This document shows positions 38,160 through 46,260 of a stretch of DNA of 64,000 nt, in pieces. Below the pieces are notes generated by a model, which saw only the letters and a list, made by a program, of their open reading frames with translations, made no database searches and was not told the DNA's origin. The stretch spans positions 650-64,649 of the forward strand of contig JANPBQ010000263.1 in assembly GCA_031430555.1 (NCBI GenBank), given 5' to 3'. Source of the DNA: Betaproteobacteria bacterium (GTDB taxonomy: Bacteria > Pseudomonadota > Gammaproteobacteria > Burkholderiales > Usitatibacteraceae). The position numbers and the translations under genes are program-made. Each line of letters starts with the position of its first letter. Within the stretch, counting starts at the first letter, position 1.

Positions 38160-38933
38160 ATGAATTCCGCGCTAAAGATCGGCCTGTCCGCGCGCTTGAT
38201 GCATCCCGAACCGGGGCGCGCGTGGTTGCCGACCAAGACACTGCAATACGTCGAACAATGCATCGCCAATTGGGTCATGTCGGCGGATGTGTTGACCTTC
38301 ATGATCCCGGCGATCAGCAAGGAAACGCCGCACGGCCCGGATCGGCTGAAAGTCGATCACTACGCAGAGCATCTTGACGGCTTGGTGTTGCAGGGCGGCG
38401 CAGATGTGGCACCCGAGAGCTATGGTGAGGTGCCGCTGCGTCCGGAATGGGCGGGAGACCGCATCCGCGACCTGTATGAGCTCGAATTGATCCGCGCCTT
38501 CATTGCCCGCAAGAAACCAGTGTTGGGGATTTGCCGGGGGATGCAATTGATGAATGTGGCTTTCGGCGGAACGCTGTATCAGGATATCGCGCAGCAAACC
38601 GGTTCGAATATCACGCATCAATGCCGCGCACGGTACGAAGACAATTTTCATGAAATGCGCATCCTCGAAGGCACCGGCCTCGCGCGGCTCTATCCGGATA
38701 TCCGCGAAGCGACGATCAACACGATTCACCATCAGGCGGTGAAAGATGTCGGACGCGATCTGGTGATTGAAGCGCGCTCAATGGACGACGATATTGTCGA
38801 AGCAATCCGCTGGACCGGATCGGGTTATGTGATGGGCGTGCAGTGGCACCCGGAATTCATGTCGCCCGACAACCCGAATCTGCTCGACGGCAAGCCTCTT
38901 CTGAACGAATTCCTCGCGGCCGCGCGCCGCTGA
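38160..38933 (+). CDS. class I glutamine amidotransferase / peptidase C26 (gamma-glutamyl-GABA hydrolase-like)
   Basis: GICRGMQLMN nucleophile elbow and GVQWHPE His motif. The ORF opens at 38118. Confidence 0.8.
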   Translation: MNSALKIGLSARLMHPEPGRAWLPTKTLQYVEQCIANWVMSADVLTFMIPAISKETPHGPDRLKVDHYAEHLDGLVLQGGADVAPESYGEVPLRPEWAGDRIRDLYELELIRAFIARKKPVLGICRGMQLMNVAFGGTLYQDIAQQTGSNITHQCRARYEDNFHEMRILEGTGLARLYPDIREATINTIHHQAVKDVGRDLVIEARSMDDDIVEAIRWTGSGYVMGVQWHPEFMSPDNPNLLDGKPLLNEFLAAARR

Positions 38934-38984
38934 TCCAACGTCACACGTTTATTGCGCGATTGGTTGAGCCAATTTTGATAGGCG

Positions 38985-38998
38985 TTGACTATCGTCAA
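38985..38998. promoter_or_regulatory. FNR/CRP-family-type palindrome TTGAC-N4-GTCAA
   Basis: Perfect TTGACTATCGTCAA, centred about 108 nt upstream of the rubrerythrin ATG. Confidence 0.4.
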
Positions 38999-39047
38999 AA
39001 TGCAATCAATCAATTGGAACGATCATGACAAACATCCTATCCTGTAC

Positions 39048-39066
39048 GTCTGCAATTTGTGCAGAC
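39048..39066. promoter_or_regulatory. perfect 7-N5-7 palindrome (operator or 5'-UTR hairpin)
   Basis: GTCTGCA-ATTTG-TGCAGAC, 33 nt upstream of the rubrerythrin ATG. Confidence 0.3.
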
Positions 39067-39098
39067 AGCCTGTTTGTATTTTCCAGAGGAGATTCACC

Positions 39099-39521
39099 AT
39101 GAAGCTCAAAGGCACCAAAACCCACGACAATCTGAAAGCCGCATTCGCGGGCGAATCGCAAGCCAATCGCCGCTATCTGTATTTCGCAAACAAAGCCGAC
39201 GTCGAGGGCCACACCGAAGTCGCATCGCTGTTCCGCAACACGGCGGAAGGCGAAACCGGCCACGCGCACGGCCATCTTGATTACCTCGCGCACGTTGGCG
39301 ATCCCGCGACCGATTTGCCGATCGGCTCTTCCGAGCTGAACCTGAAAGCGGCCGTCGCCGGCGAAACGCACGAATATACCGATATGTATCCCGGTATGGC
39401 CAAATCCGCGCGCGATGAAGGCTTCGACGAAATCGCCGACTGGTTTGAAACACTGGCAAAGGCGGAACGTTCGCACGCCAACAAGTTCCAGAAAGCGTTG
39501 GACGCACTCGTCGCTGCGTAA
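39099..39521 (+). CDS. rubrerythrin-family ferritin-like diiron protein (no rubredoxin domain)
   Basis: 140 aa, starting [29 protein letters not shown], then [21 protein letters not shown] and [10 protein letters not shown] (two ExxH-type diiron pairs). AGAGGAG lies upstream of the ATG. Confidence 0.85.
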   Translation: MKLKGTKTHDNLKAAFAGESQANRRYLYFANKADVEGHTEVASLFRNTAEGETGHAHGHLDYLAHVGDPATDLPIGSSELNLKAAVAGETHEYTDMYPGMAKSARDEGFDEIADWFETLAKAERSHANKFQKALDALVAA

Positions 39522-39539
39522 TGCGGTAACGGTAAAACA

Positions 39540-39697
39540 GTGACTGATGAAGCGTGACAGGTGAGGCGTGACGGGTAACGAACCATCGTCACGCGTCACC
39601 AGTCACCGCTTTCTCCGTCACGCTACATCCGTCACCCGACACGCACCATCAGTCACCGCTTTGCCGTCACGCCCACCTGTCACCCATCACGAGAACA
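39540..39697. repeat. GTGAC/GTCAC motif array including two ~50-bp tandem units
   Basis: GTGAC occurs at 39540, 39554 and 39568. GTCAC occurs at 39588, 39595, 39602, 39617, 39631, 39652, 39666 and 39679. The tandem units are 39600-39649 and 39650-39697, both starting CAGTCACCGCTTT. Confidence 0.8.
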
Positions 39698-39699
39698 CG

Positions 39700-41049
39700 A
39701 TGCAAGAAGGCTCACTCCAGGCACCCACGCGCCATCCCATCGATTGGCGGAATCCCGATTTCTATTCGGTCGAGTCCGCGCTAAAGGAGATGGAACGTGT
39801 ATTCGATATTTGCCACGGGTGCCGTCGCTGTGTGAGTCTGTGCAATGCATTCCCGGTGCTGTTCGATCTGGTGGATGCGAGCCCGACACTGGAAGTCGAT
39901 GGCGTCGAAAAAAAGATGTACTGGAAGGTGGTCGATCAGTGCTACCTCTGCGACGTCTGCTACATGACCAAATGCCCGTATGTGCCGCCACATCCGTGGA
40001 ATGTCGATTTTCCGCACCTGATGTTGCGTGCGAAAGCCATTCAATTCAAGCAAGGCGGCGCCCACAGTTTCCGCGACAACAACCTCTCCGCAACTGACCG
40101 CAACGGCAAATTGGCGACGATTCCGGTGGTGGTGCAATTCGTCAATGCAACGGCGAAAATGCCGGTCGTCCGCACTTTGATGCAAAGCACCATCGGCGTT
40201 CACAAAGACGCGTGGTTGCCCGAATTCGCGGCGAAAACTTTTCGCCCCACCGCCGCGCCAAGTGCCGTGCTGCCGATACAAGATGGCCAACGCACCAAAG
40301 GCAAGGTCGCGATTTTCTCGACCTGTTACGTGAATTACAACGAGCCTGGCATTGGCTTTGATCTCATCAAGATCCTTGCGCATAACAACGTGCCGTATGT
40401 GCTCGTCGAAAAAGAAGCCTGCTGCGGCATGCCGAAACTCGAATTGGGCGATCTTGAGTCGGTGGCGCAATTGAAGGAAAAAAATATTCCCCCGCTTGCG
40501 AAACTGGCGCGGGAAGGCTATGTGATCTTGACGCCGATCCCGAGTTGCACCTTGATGTTCAAGCAGGAATTGCCGCTGATGTTCCCCGACGACACCGATG
40601 TGCAGGCGGTGAAAGCGGCAATGATGGATCCGTTCGAGTATTTGATCGCGCGGCAGAAAGACGGATTGCTCAAGACCGATTTCAGAGCATCGCTGGGCAA
40701 GGTCTCGTATCACATCCCCTGCCATTCACGCGTGCAGAACGTCGGGCAGAAAACCCGCGAAATGCTGGAACTGGTGCCCGACACAGAAGTCACCACGGTC
40801 GAGCGCTGCTCTGGGCACGCCGGCACCTGGGGCGTGAAAGAAGAATTTCACGAAACCGCGATGAAAATCGGCAAGCCCGTATTCCGGCAAATGGCGGAAG
40901 CCGAACCCGATTACATCAGCTCGGATTGCCAACTCGCGGGGCACCACATTGAGCAAGGCATCGCGCAATTGAAAAAAGATTCGCCGCATCGCGCAAAACT
41001 CGCGCACCCAATCACCCTCATCCGTAAAGCCTACGGACTTCCCGAGTAA
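39700..41049 (+). CDS. (Fe-S)-binding protein, GlpC/HdrD-like with two CCG domains
   Basis: Two ferredoxin-type motifs (CHGCRRCVSLCNAFP and CYLCDVCYMTKCPY), then Cys-rich CCG-type segments (STCYVNY..EACCGMP; IPCHSRV..RCSGHAG). ATG at 39700; the ORF extension from 39568 runs through the repeat array and is rejected. Confidence 0.8.
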   Translation: MQEGSLQAPTRHPIDWRNPDFYSVESALKEMERVFDICHGCRRCVSLCNAFPVLFDLVDASPTLEVDGVEKKMYWKVVDQCYLCDVCYMTKCPYVPPHPWNVDFPHLMLRAKAIQFKQGGAHSFRDNNLSATDRNGKLATIPVVVQFVNATAKMPVVRTLMQSTIGVHKDAWLPEFAAKTFRPTAAPSAVLPIQDGQRTKGKVAIFSTCYVNYNEPGIGFDLIKILAHNNVPYVLVEKEACCGMPKLELGDLESVAQLKEKNIPPLAKLAREGYVILTPIPSCTLMFKQELPLMFPDDTDVQAVKAAMMDPFEYLIARQKDGLLKTDFRASLGKVSYHIPCHSRVQNVGQKTREMLELVPDTEVTTVERCSGHAGTWGVKEEFHETAMKIGKPVFRQMAEAEPDYISSDCQLAGHHIEQGIAQLKKDSPHRAKLAHPITLIRKAYGLPE

Positions 41050-41053
41050 GAAA

Positions 41054-41647
41054 ATGACCATGACCAAAGAACGCATCACCCCTGAAAGCCTGATGAGCCT
41101 TGAGGCCTACGCCAAGGCGCGCCCGGAATTCCGCGCGAAAGCGATGGCGCACAAACGCCTGCGCTCTGTGCATATCGGCGATCACGTCACGTTGCTGTTC
41201 GAGGACGAATTGACGTTGCGCTACCAAATTCAGGAAATGCTTCGCATCGAAAAGACATTCGAAGAAGCCGGCATTCAGGATGAACTTGACGCCTACAACC
41301 CGCTGATCCCGACTGGTCGAGAATTCAAGGCAACCATGATGATCGAGTACGCCGACGAAGCCGAGCGCCGTGTGGCCCTCACGCAACTTAAAGGTATCGA
41401 GGACAAGACCTGGGTGCAGGTCGAAGGCTGCAAGAAAGTCTACGCGATTGCCGATGAAGATCTTGAGCGTGAGAATGACGTGAAGACGTCAGCGGTACAC
41501 TTCGTGCGCTTTCCCTTGAGCGAGGAAATGGCGGCCGCGTTGAAATATGGCGTGTCGTTGTCGATGGGTGTGGATCATGCGCGGTATATGGCAGCGATGC
41601 AGGTGGGCAATGAAACCCGGATTGCGCTGGTGGCGGATCTGCGCTGA
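41054..41647 (+). CDS. DUF3501 family protein
   Basis: 197 aa; the segment HIGDHVTLLFEDELTLRYQIQEMLRIEKTFEEAGIQDELDAYNPLIP matches my memory of DUF3501. It starts 5 nt after the Fe-S gene. Confidence 0.75.
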   Translation: MTMTKERITPESLMSLEAYAKARPEFRAKAMAHKRLRSVHIGDHVTLLFEDELTLRYQIQEMLRIEKTFEEAGIQDELDAYNPLIPTGREFKATMMIEYADEAERRVALTQLKGIEDKTWVQVEGCKKVYAIADEDLERENDVKTSAVHFVRFPLSEEMAAALKYGVSLSMGVDHARYMAAMQVGNETRIALVADLR

Positions 41648-41674
41648 CGGCTGCTCGCGCTTCGCAGAAAAACT

Positions 41675-41699
41675 TGGCCTCGCAACGAGGCCATTTTTT
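41675..41699. terminator. bidirectional rho-independent terminator
   Basis: TGGCCTCG-CAA-CGAGGCCA followed by TTTTTT on the top strand, with an A-run on the other side. It lies between the DUF3501 gene (+) and tRNA-Gly (-). Confidence 0.7.
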
Positions 41700-41772
41700 G
41701 GAGCGGGCGAAGGGAGTCGAACCCTCGTCACTAGCTTGGGAAGCTAGGGTAATGCCGTTATACGACGCCCGC
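41699..41772 (-). tRNA. tRNA-Gly (anticodon CCC)
   Basis: 74 nt on the minus strand. Acceptor GCGGGCG/CGCCCGC, anticodon arm CTAGC-TTCCCAA-GCTAG, T-arm GAGGG-TTCGACT-CCCTT, encoded CCA. Confidence 0.88.
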
Positions 41773-41875
41773 AACTTGCCGTCGAATCTCAATTCTAGCC
41801 GTGAACCAATCGCTGCAATCGACCAATTACTCCCGCCGCAGCCTGCGGATCGTTCAGCGGCTCGGCGCACGCGCC

Positions 41876-41942
41876 TCGAAACCCTGCTCACCCCTCCTCA
41901 CTAGCTTGGGAAGCCGGGGTAATGCCGTTATAAGACGCCCGC
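41876..41942 (-). pseudogene. decayed partial copy of tRNA-Gly(CCC)
   Basis: TCACTAGCTTGGGAAGCCGGGGTAATGCCGTTATAAGACGCCCGC differs at 3 of 45 positions from the intact gene (41728-41772). The anticodon-stem pairing is broken, the T-arm carries an ~11-nt insertion and the 3' acceptor strand is absent. Confidence 0.7.
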
Positions 41943-42260
41943 AAAAACGATAGGTACTGCAACCAATGTCGCAAATTCTATCCGCGTTCCGGATCGTCCG
42001 CAATTTTGTTCCCGCTTGAAGTCAAGAATCCGACGTGCCTGCGTACGGTGCCATCCATTGCGATTGATCGCCAACGGGCAACCCGGAAGGGGTGTTCATT
42101 GGGAATTCCGGAAGGGAGCGCGCAGCGCGGATGGGTGGGCCTACGATTCGCGCCGCCTGCGCGCGATCGGCGACGCATCCTGAGCCCTTCGTCGCAACGC
42201 CACGCTGCGGGTCAGCGGACAGGTGCAAAATAGCCTCTGTTTCCCTCCTGACACCGCCCC

Positions 42261-43424
42261 ATGCACACCGCTGTCCAGCACAAAGATGACGAAGCGCGCC
42301 GCGAAATCGAGCAGACCGTTCGCGCACGCGCGCAGCACTTTCATCCCCTCGAGGTATTTCCCTGGTTCCGGCGGTTTCCCTATTCCGTCGGGCGCGATTT
42401 TCTCTACACTTTCATCTGGAACGCGGGTTTTGGCGCGCTGGCCGTACTGTTTGCCGCGACCTTCTCCGGTCGCGTTTCCTGGAGCATGGTCGGCACCAAT
42501 TTCCTGATCGCGAATTTCGTCGGCTACAGCATCCATTTGATGTTCATGGCGCTCGGTCGCACGCCGGTTGAACGCTACATGCTCTCGCGCGGACTGTGGG
42601 GGCCTGTGGTCTATTACACCGGCGTATCGTCGGTCGGCGTGGTGGCCGGGCTAGGCATCGCCTCGCTCGTGTTTGGCTGGAAATTTGCACCCTGGATAGT
42701 TCGCCCGGGCGTCCTAATCGCGATCGCGTTCAATTGCCTGCTGATCTCTCTCATCATCGGCGCGATTTATTTTTGGCGTGAGCGCAGCCTCGTCACGGAA
42801 ATGCGCCTCGCCCGCGAACGCGAGCGTGTGGCGTCAATCGAGCGCGAAGCAACACTCGCGAATCTGCGTGCGTTGCAAGCGCAGATCGAGCCGCACTTTC
42901 TTTTCAACACATTGGCCAATGTGGTCGGCTTGATTCACATACAGCCCGATACCGCAAAGTTAATGCTGGAAAAATTCATCGCCTACTTGCGCGCATCGCT
43001 CGCCGCGACGCGCGAGCAAGAAACCACACTGAGTGTCGAGTTCGCGTTGATGGCGGATTTTCTCGCCATCCTGCAAATCCGCATGGGCTCGCGCCTCAAC
43101 GTCGTGTTGGATCTGCCTGCCGAGCTCGCGGCATCGCCGCTGCCTTCGATGTTGCTGCAGCCTCTCGTCGAGAACGCGATCAAGCACGGCCTGGAACCAA
43201 AGATGGAAGGTGGCGACATTACGCTACGCGCCGCGCGTGAGGGTGAATTGCTGCGCATCGACGTGATCGACACCGGGCAGGGCTTTGGCTCCGCGATCTC
43301 ACGCGGCATCGGTTTGGCCAATGTACGTGAACGGCTGGAGAAACTCTTTTCCGGACGCGCGTCGCTGGTCATCGAGGAAAATTCGCCCTGCGGCACAAGG
43401 GCGATTCTGCGGTTGCCGATATAA
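42261..43424 (+). CDS. LytS/YehU-type sensor histidine kinase
   Basis: Membrane N-terminus (about 5 TM), EPHFLFNTLANV His-kinase region, N-box LQPLVENAIKHG, G-box DTGQGF. Start uncertain. Confidence 0.85.
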   Translation: MHTAVQHKDDEARREIEQTVRARAQHFHPLEVFPWFRRFPYSVGRDFLYTFIWNAGFGALAVLFAATFSGRVSWSMVGTNFLIANFVGYSIHLMFMALGRTPVERYMLSRGLWGPVVYYTGVSSVGVVAGLGIASLVFGWKFAPWIVRPGVLIAIAFNCLLISLIIGAIYFWRERSLVTEMRLARERERVASIEREATLANLRALQAQIEPHFLFNTLANVVGLIHIQPDTAKLMLEKFIAYLRASLAATREQETTLSVEFALMADFLAILQIRMGSRLNVVLDLPAELAASPLPSMLLQPLVENAIKHGLEPKMEGGDITLRAAREGELLRIDVIDTGQGFGSAISRGIGLANVRERLEKLFSGRASLVIEENSPCGTRAILRLPI

Positions 43425-43530
43425 ATCAAAAGTCCAAACACCATTGCTGGCGCGGCTTCCTGGACAATAATGTCTCAGGATGCCCGTCTGTGCTAGTGTT
43501 TACTGCCAATATGCTGGGACAATACCCTAT

Positions 43531-44295
43531 ATGACCACCCTGATCACCGCCGTCATCGCCGACGACGAAATCCACCTCGCCAACTATCTCCACGAACGTC
43601 TCACCGCGTTGTGGCCGGAACTTTCCATCGTCGGCATCGCCAAGAACGGGCCCGAGGCGGTACGGTTGATCGACGACGAGAATCCGGCAATCGTGTTTCT
43701 GGATATCCGCATGCCGGGCTTGACGGGCCTTGAAGTCGCGGCACGGATCGACAAGAAAACGCACGTCGTGTTTGTCACCGCGTTCGATCAATATGCGGTT
43801 GATGCATTTGATCGAAACGCCTCGGACTACTTGTTGAAGCCCGTATCCGACGAGCGCCTTGCCCGATCCATCGAAAGGCTAAAGGAGAAAGTCGCGAAAG
43901 CGGAAGCACCGGGAGATGTTTCCGACATTCTCAAACAGCTCGCGACTGTCTTGCCTGGCGCGAAGAGCGCCTATTTGCGTTGGATTCGCGCGTCGGTCGG
44001 CGAAACGGTACGGCAGATTCCAGTCGACGAAGTGCTGTATTTTCAGGCACAGGACAAGTACATCAGCGTCTACACGAAGGAAGGCGAATCGTTGATCCGC
44101 ACGCCGCTCGCGGAACTTTCCGCGCAACTCGACCCAAACGAATTCTGGCAAATCCACCGCTCGACCATCGTCAACGTCAATCGCATTGCGTCCACGCAGC
44201 GCGACGTGATGGGCCGCACGCACGTCAAATTGAAAGATCTGAAAGCGGAACTGCAGGTCAGCCGGGCATACGCGCATTTGTTCAAGCAAATGTGA
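43531..44295 (+). CDS. LytR/AlgR-family (LytTR) response regulator
   Basis: REC domain (VIADDE, FLDIRMPGLTG) plus a C-terminal LytTR DNA-binding domain (YFQAQDKYISVYT..FWQIHRSTIVN). Confidence 0.88.
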   Translation: MTTLITAVIADDEIHLANYLHERLTALWPELSIVGIAKNGPEAVRLIDDENPAIVFLDIRMPGLTGLEVAARIDKKTHVVFVTAFDQYAVDAFDRNASDYLLKPVSDERLARSIERLKEKVAKAEAPGDVSDILKQLATVLPGAKSAYLRWIRASVGETVRQIPVDEVLYFQAQDKYISVYTKEGESLIRTPLAELSAQLDPNEFWQIHRSTIVNVNRIASTQRDVMGRTHVKLKDLKAELQVSRAYAHLFKQM

Positions 44296-44389
44296 CGCGT
44301 TATTGTTGGTGTCGCTCAAGGTTCTGCGGTGAAGCGCGTGCTACACTTTTTGCGTTTCTTCACTCTTAATGAATGTGCGGCAAAACATC

Positions 44390-44593
44390 ATGCTGGTTCT
44401 TCAAGTAAACGGTACTTCGCGTGAAATTCCACCCGGCAGCAACGTGGAAAATCTGATCGCCTCGATGCAACTCAACGGCAAGCGCTTCGCGATCGAACTC
44501 AACGGCGAAATTGTGCCGAAAAGTCGCCACGCGGCGACCCCACTCAATGACGGCGACAAACTCGAAGTCGTCATCGCTGTTGGGGGCGGTTAA
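44390..44593 (+). CDS. thiS: sulfur carrier protein ThiS
   Basis: 67 aa ending VGGG. Its stop overlaps the thiG start (TAATG). Confidence 0.85.
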   Translation: MLVLQVNGTSREIPPGSNVENLIASMQLNGKRFAIELNGEIVPKSRHAATPLNDGDKLEVVIAVGGG

Positions 44594-45393
44594 TGAATGC
44601 ACCGGAACATATGAGCGATGCGTTTGAGATTGCCGGCAAACGCTACGCTTCGCGGCTGCTGGTCGGCACCGGCAAGTATCGCGATTTCGCCGAGACCCGC
44701 GCGGCCATCGATGCAAGTGGCGCGGAAATTATTACCGTCGCAATCCGCCGCGTAAATATCGGCCAGAACGCGAATGAACCCAACTTGCTCGATCACTTGC
44801 CGCCGACACAGTTCACGATCTTGCCCAACACCGCCGGCTGCTACAACGCCAAAGACGCCGTGCGCACACTGCGTCTCGGGCGCGAATTGCTTGATGGCCA
44901 CGCCTTGGTGAAATTGGAGGTGCTGGCCGACGACGCGACACTTTTTCCCAACATGCCGGAAACTCTGCTCGCCGCGAAGGAACTCGTCGGCGACGGATTT
45001 CAGGTGATGGTCTATTGCACAGATGATCCGATTCAAGCGAAGGCGCTGGAAGAAATCGGCTGCATCGCGGTGATGCCGCTCGCGTCCCTGATCGGCTCCG
45101 GCATGGGCATATTGAATCCATGGAATCTGGAAATCATTCTCGACCGCGCGCGCGTGCCGGTGCTGGTCGATGCCGGCATCGGCACCGCGTCCGACGCGGC
45201 CATCGCGATGGAAATGGGTTGCGACGGTGTACTGATGAACACCGCGATCGCTAAAGCAAAGCACCCCGTGCTGATGGCGGGTGCGATGAGAAAAGCGGTG
45301 GAGGCGGGGCGCGAAGCGTTTCTCGCGGGCCGCATGCCGAAGAAAATTTATCAGGCGTCGGCGAGTTCGCCGAGCGAGGGCAAGATTTCGTAA
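44593..45393 (+). CDS. thiG: thiazole synthase
   Basis: 266 aa; [17 protein letters not shown] and VMPL..IGSG patterns typical of ThiG. Confidence 0.93.
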   Translation: MNAPEHMSDAFEIAGKRYASRLLVGTGKYRDFAETRAAIDASGAEIITVAIRRVNIGQNANEPNLLDHLPPTQFTILPNTAGCYNAKDAVRTLRLGRELLDGHALVKLEVLADDATLFPNMPETLLAAKELVGDGFQVMVYCTDDPIQAKALEEIGCIAVMPLASLIGSGMGILNPWNLEIILDRARVPVLVDAGIGTASDAAIAMEMGCDGVLMNTAIAKAKHPVLMAGAMRKAVEAGREAFLAGRMPKKIYQASASSPSEGKIS

Positions 45394-45442
45394 TAACGCC
45401 GTTCATTTCGTATGGCCCGCATGAAAATTTCCGGCCAAATCG

Positions 45443-45495
45443 TAGGGCGGACTTGTCCGCCGATTCGACCATCAATGGCGGACAAGTCCGCCCTA
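45443..45495. repeat. inverted pair of REP hairpins (likely bidirectional terminator)
   Basis: TAGGGCGGACTTGTCCGCC (45443-45461) and its exact complement GGCGGACAAGTCCGCCCTA (45477-45495). Each arm is itself a hairpin (GGCGGAC/GTCCGCC). It lies between convergent thiG and the OMP gene. Confidence 0.65.
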
Positions 45496-45513
45496 GGGCA
45501 TTCGTTGGTGTCG

Positions 45514-46116
45514 CTAGAACTTGAGCATCACGCCAAGCGACAAGTGATCTGCCCCCAGATCGCCCAGGCTCGAACCATTGAATGCCCGATAGCGTTCGAC
45601 ATCGAAGCGCAGGCCGACGCTGCTGTTGACTTGGTATTGCATGCCAAGCCCCAGCCGACCCGCTGTCACGGCGCGCGAACCGGCGCTCGCGAAAAACTCT
45701 GGATAGAGTCCGCCGGTGCCTCCGGGTGGAGAACCGGCGCGCAATCTTGCAATTCCGGCGCTCCCCGAAAACGCGAAGCCCGCCAGAAGCGGCGCGCGAC
45801 CTTCAAGATCAAGACCATAGGTGCGCGAAATCCGCGACAGCGAATCGCGCTGATCGAACGCCGAATAGCGGCTCACCAGCGCGAGACTCTGGGAGAACTG
45901 ATAACCGAGCCGCAATCCATAGCGCACGCGGCGGTCATCAAGCGCGGTGTTGGCGAGGAAAAAACCCGCCGCATCCGCCTCCGCCGCAACGCTCGGCGCG
46001 TAGCGCGACGCGGCGAAATTCAGGCCACCGTAGTACTGCGCGATTGCGCTGCTACTGACGGTCGCGCCGATCATCAATGCGGAAAATCCGAACGTGTTGC
46101 GAATTGTTGTTTTCAT
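45514..46116 (-). CDS. outer-membrane beta-barrel protein (small OMP)
   Basis: 200 aa from MKTTIRNTFGFSALMIGATVSSSAIAQ (signal peptide), with alternating hydrophobic beta-strand pattern and a C-terminal LGVMLKF. Confidence 0.65.
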   Translation of the reverse strand: MKTTIRNTFGFSALMIGATVSSSAIAQYYGGLNFAASRYAPSVAAEADAAGFFLANTALDDRRVRYGLRLGYQFSQSLALVSRYSAFDQRDSLSRISRTYGLDLEGRAPLLAGFAFSGSAGIARLRAGSPPGGTGGLYPEFFASAGSRAVTAGRLGLGMQYQVNSSVGLRFDVERYRAFNGSSLGDLGADHLSLGVMLKF

Positions 46117-46260
46117 GATCGATCCCTGATGGAATATCATTGAGTCGATATTTCGCGAAAAGTTTCCGGCGAGTCACAGCATTTCGCCCACAACGACTTT
46201 TCAACTCACACGATAGGACGACTCCGGCGGCGTGTCAAATTACCTGCAACCACGCGACAA

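Noticed and set aside
39568-39699. N-terminal 44-aa extension of the Fe-S protein ORF (GTG start, [21 protein letters not shown]..).
   Set aside because: The extension is simply the translation of the GTCAC repeat array. The conserved protein begins at MQEGSLQAPTRHPIDW (ATG 39700).
41773-41942. The tRNA-Gly fragment as attL/attR of an integrated genomic island.
   Set aside because: The duplicated part is the 5' portion of the tRNA, only 104 bp from the intact gene. No integrase or cargo lies between or beside the copies. It is treated as a decayed tandem copy instead.
44296-44389. Expected TPP riboswitch upstream of thiS-thiG.
   Set aside because: I could not find the conserved CTGAGA or ACCTGATCTGGATAATGCCAGCG-type core elements in the 94-nt leader. 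The call is left unmade; a covariance-model search (Rfam RF00059) would settle it.
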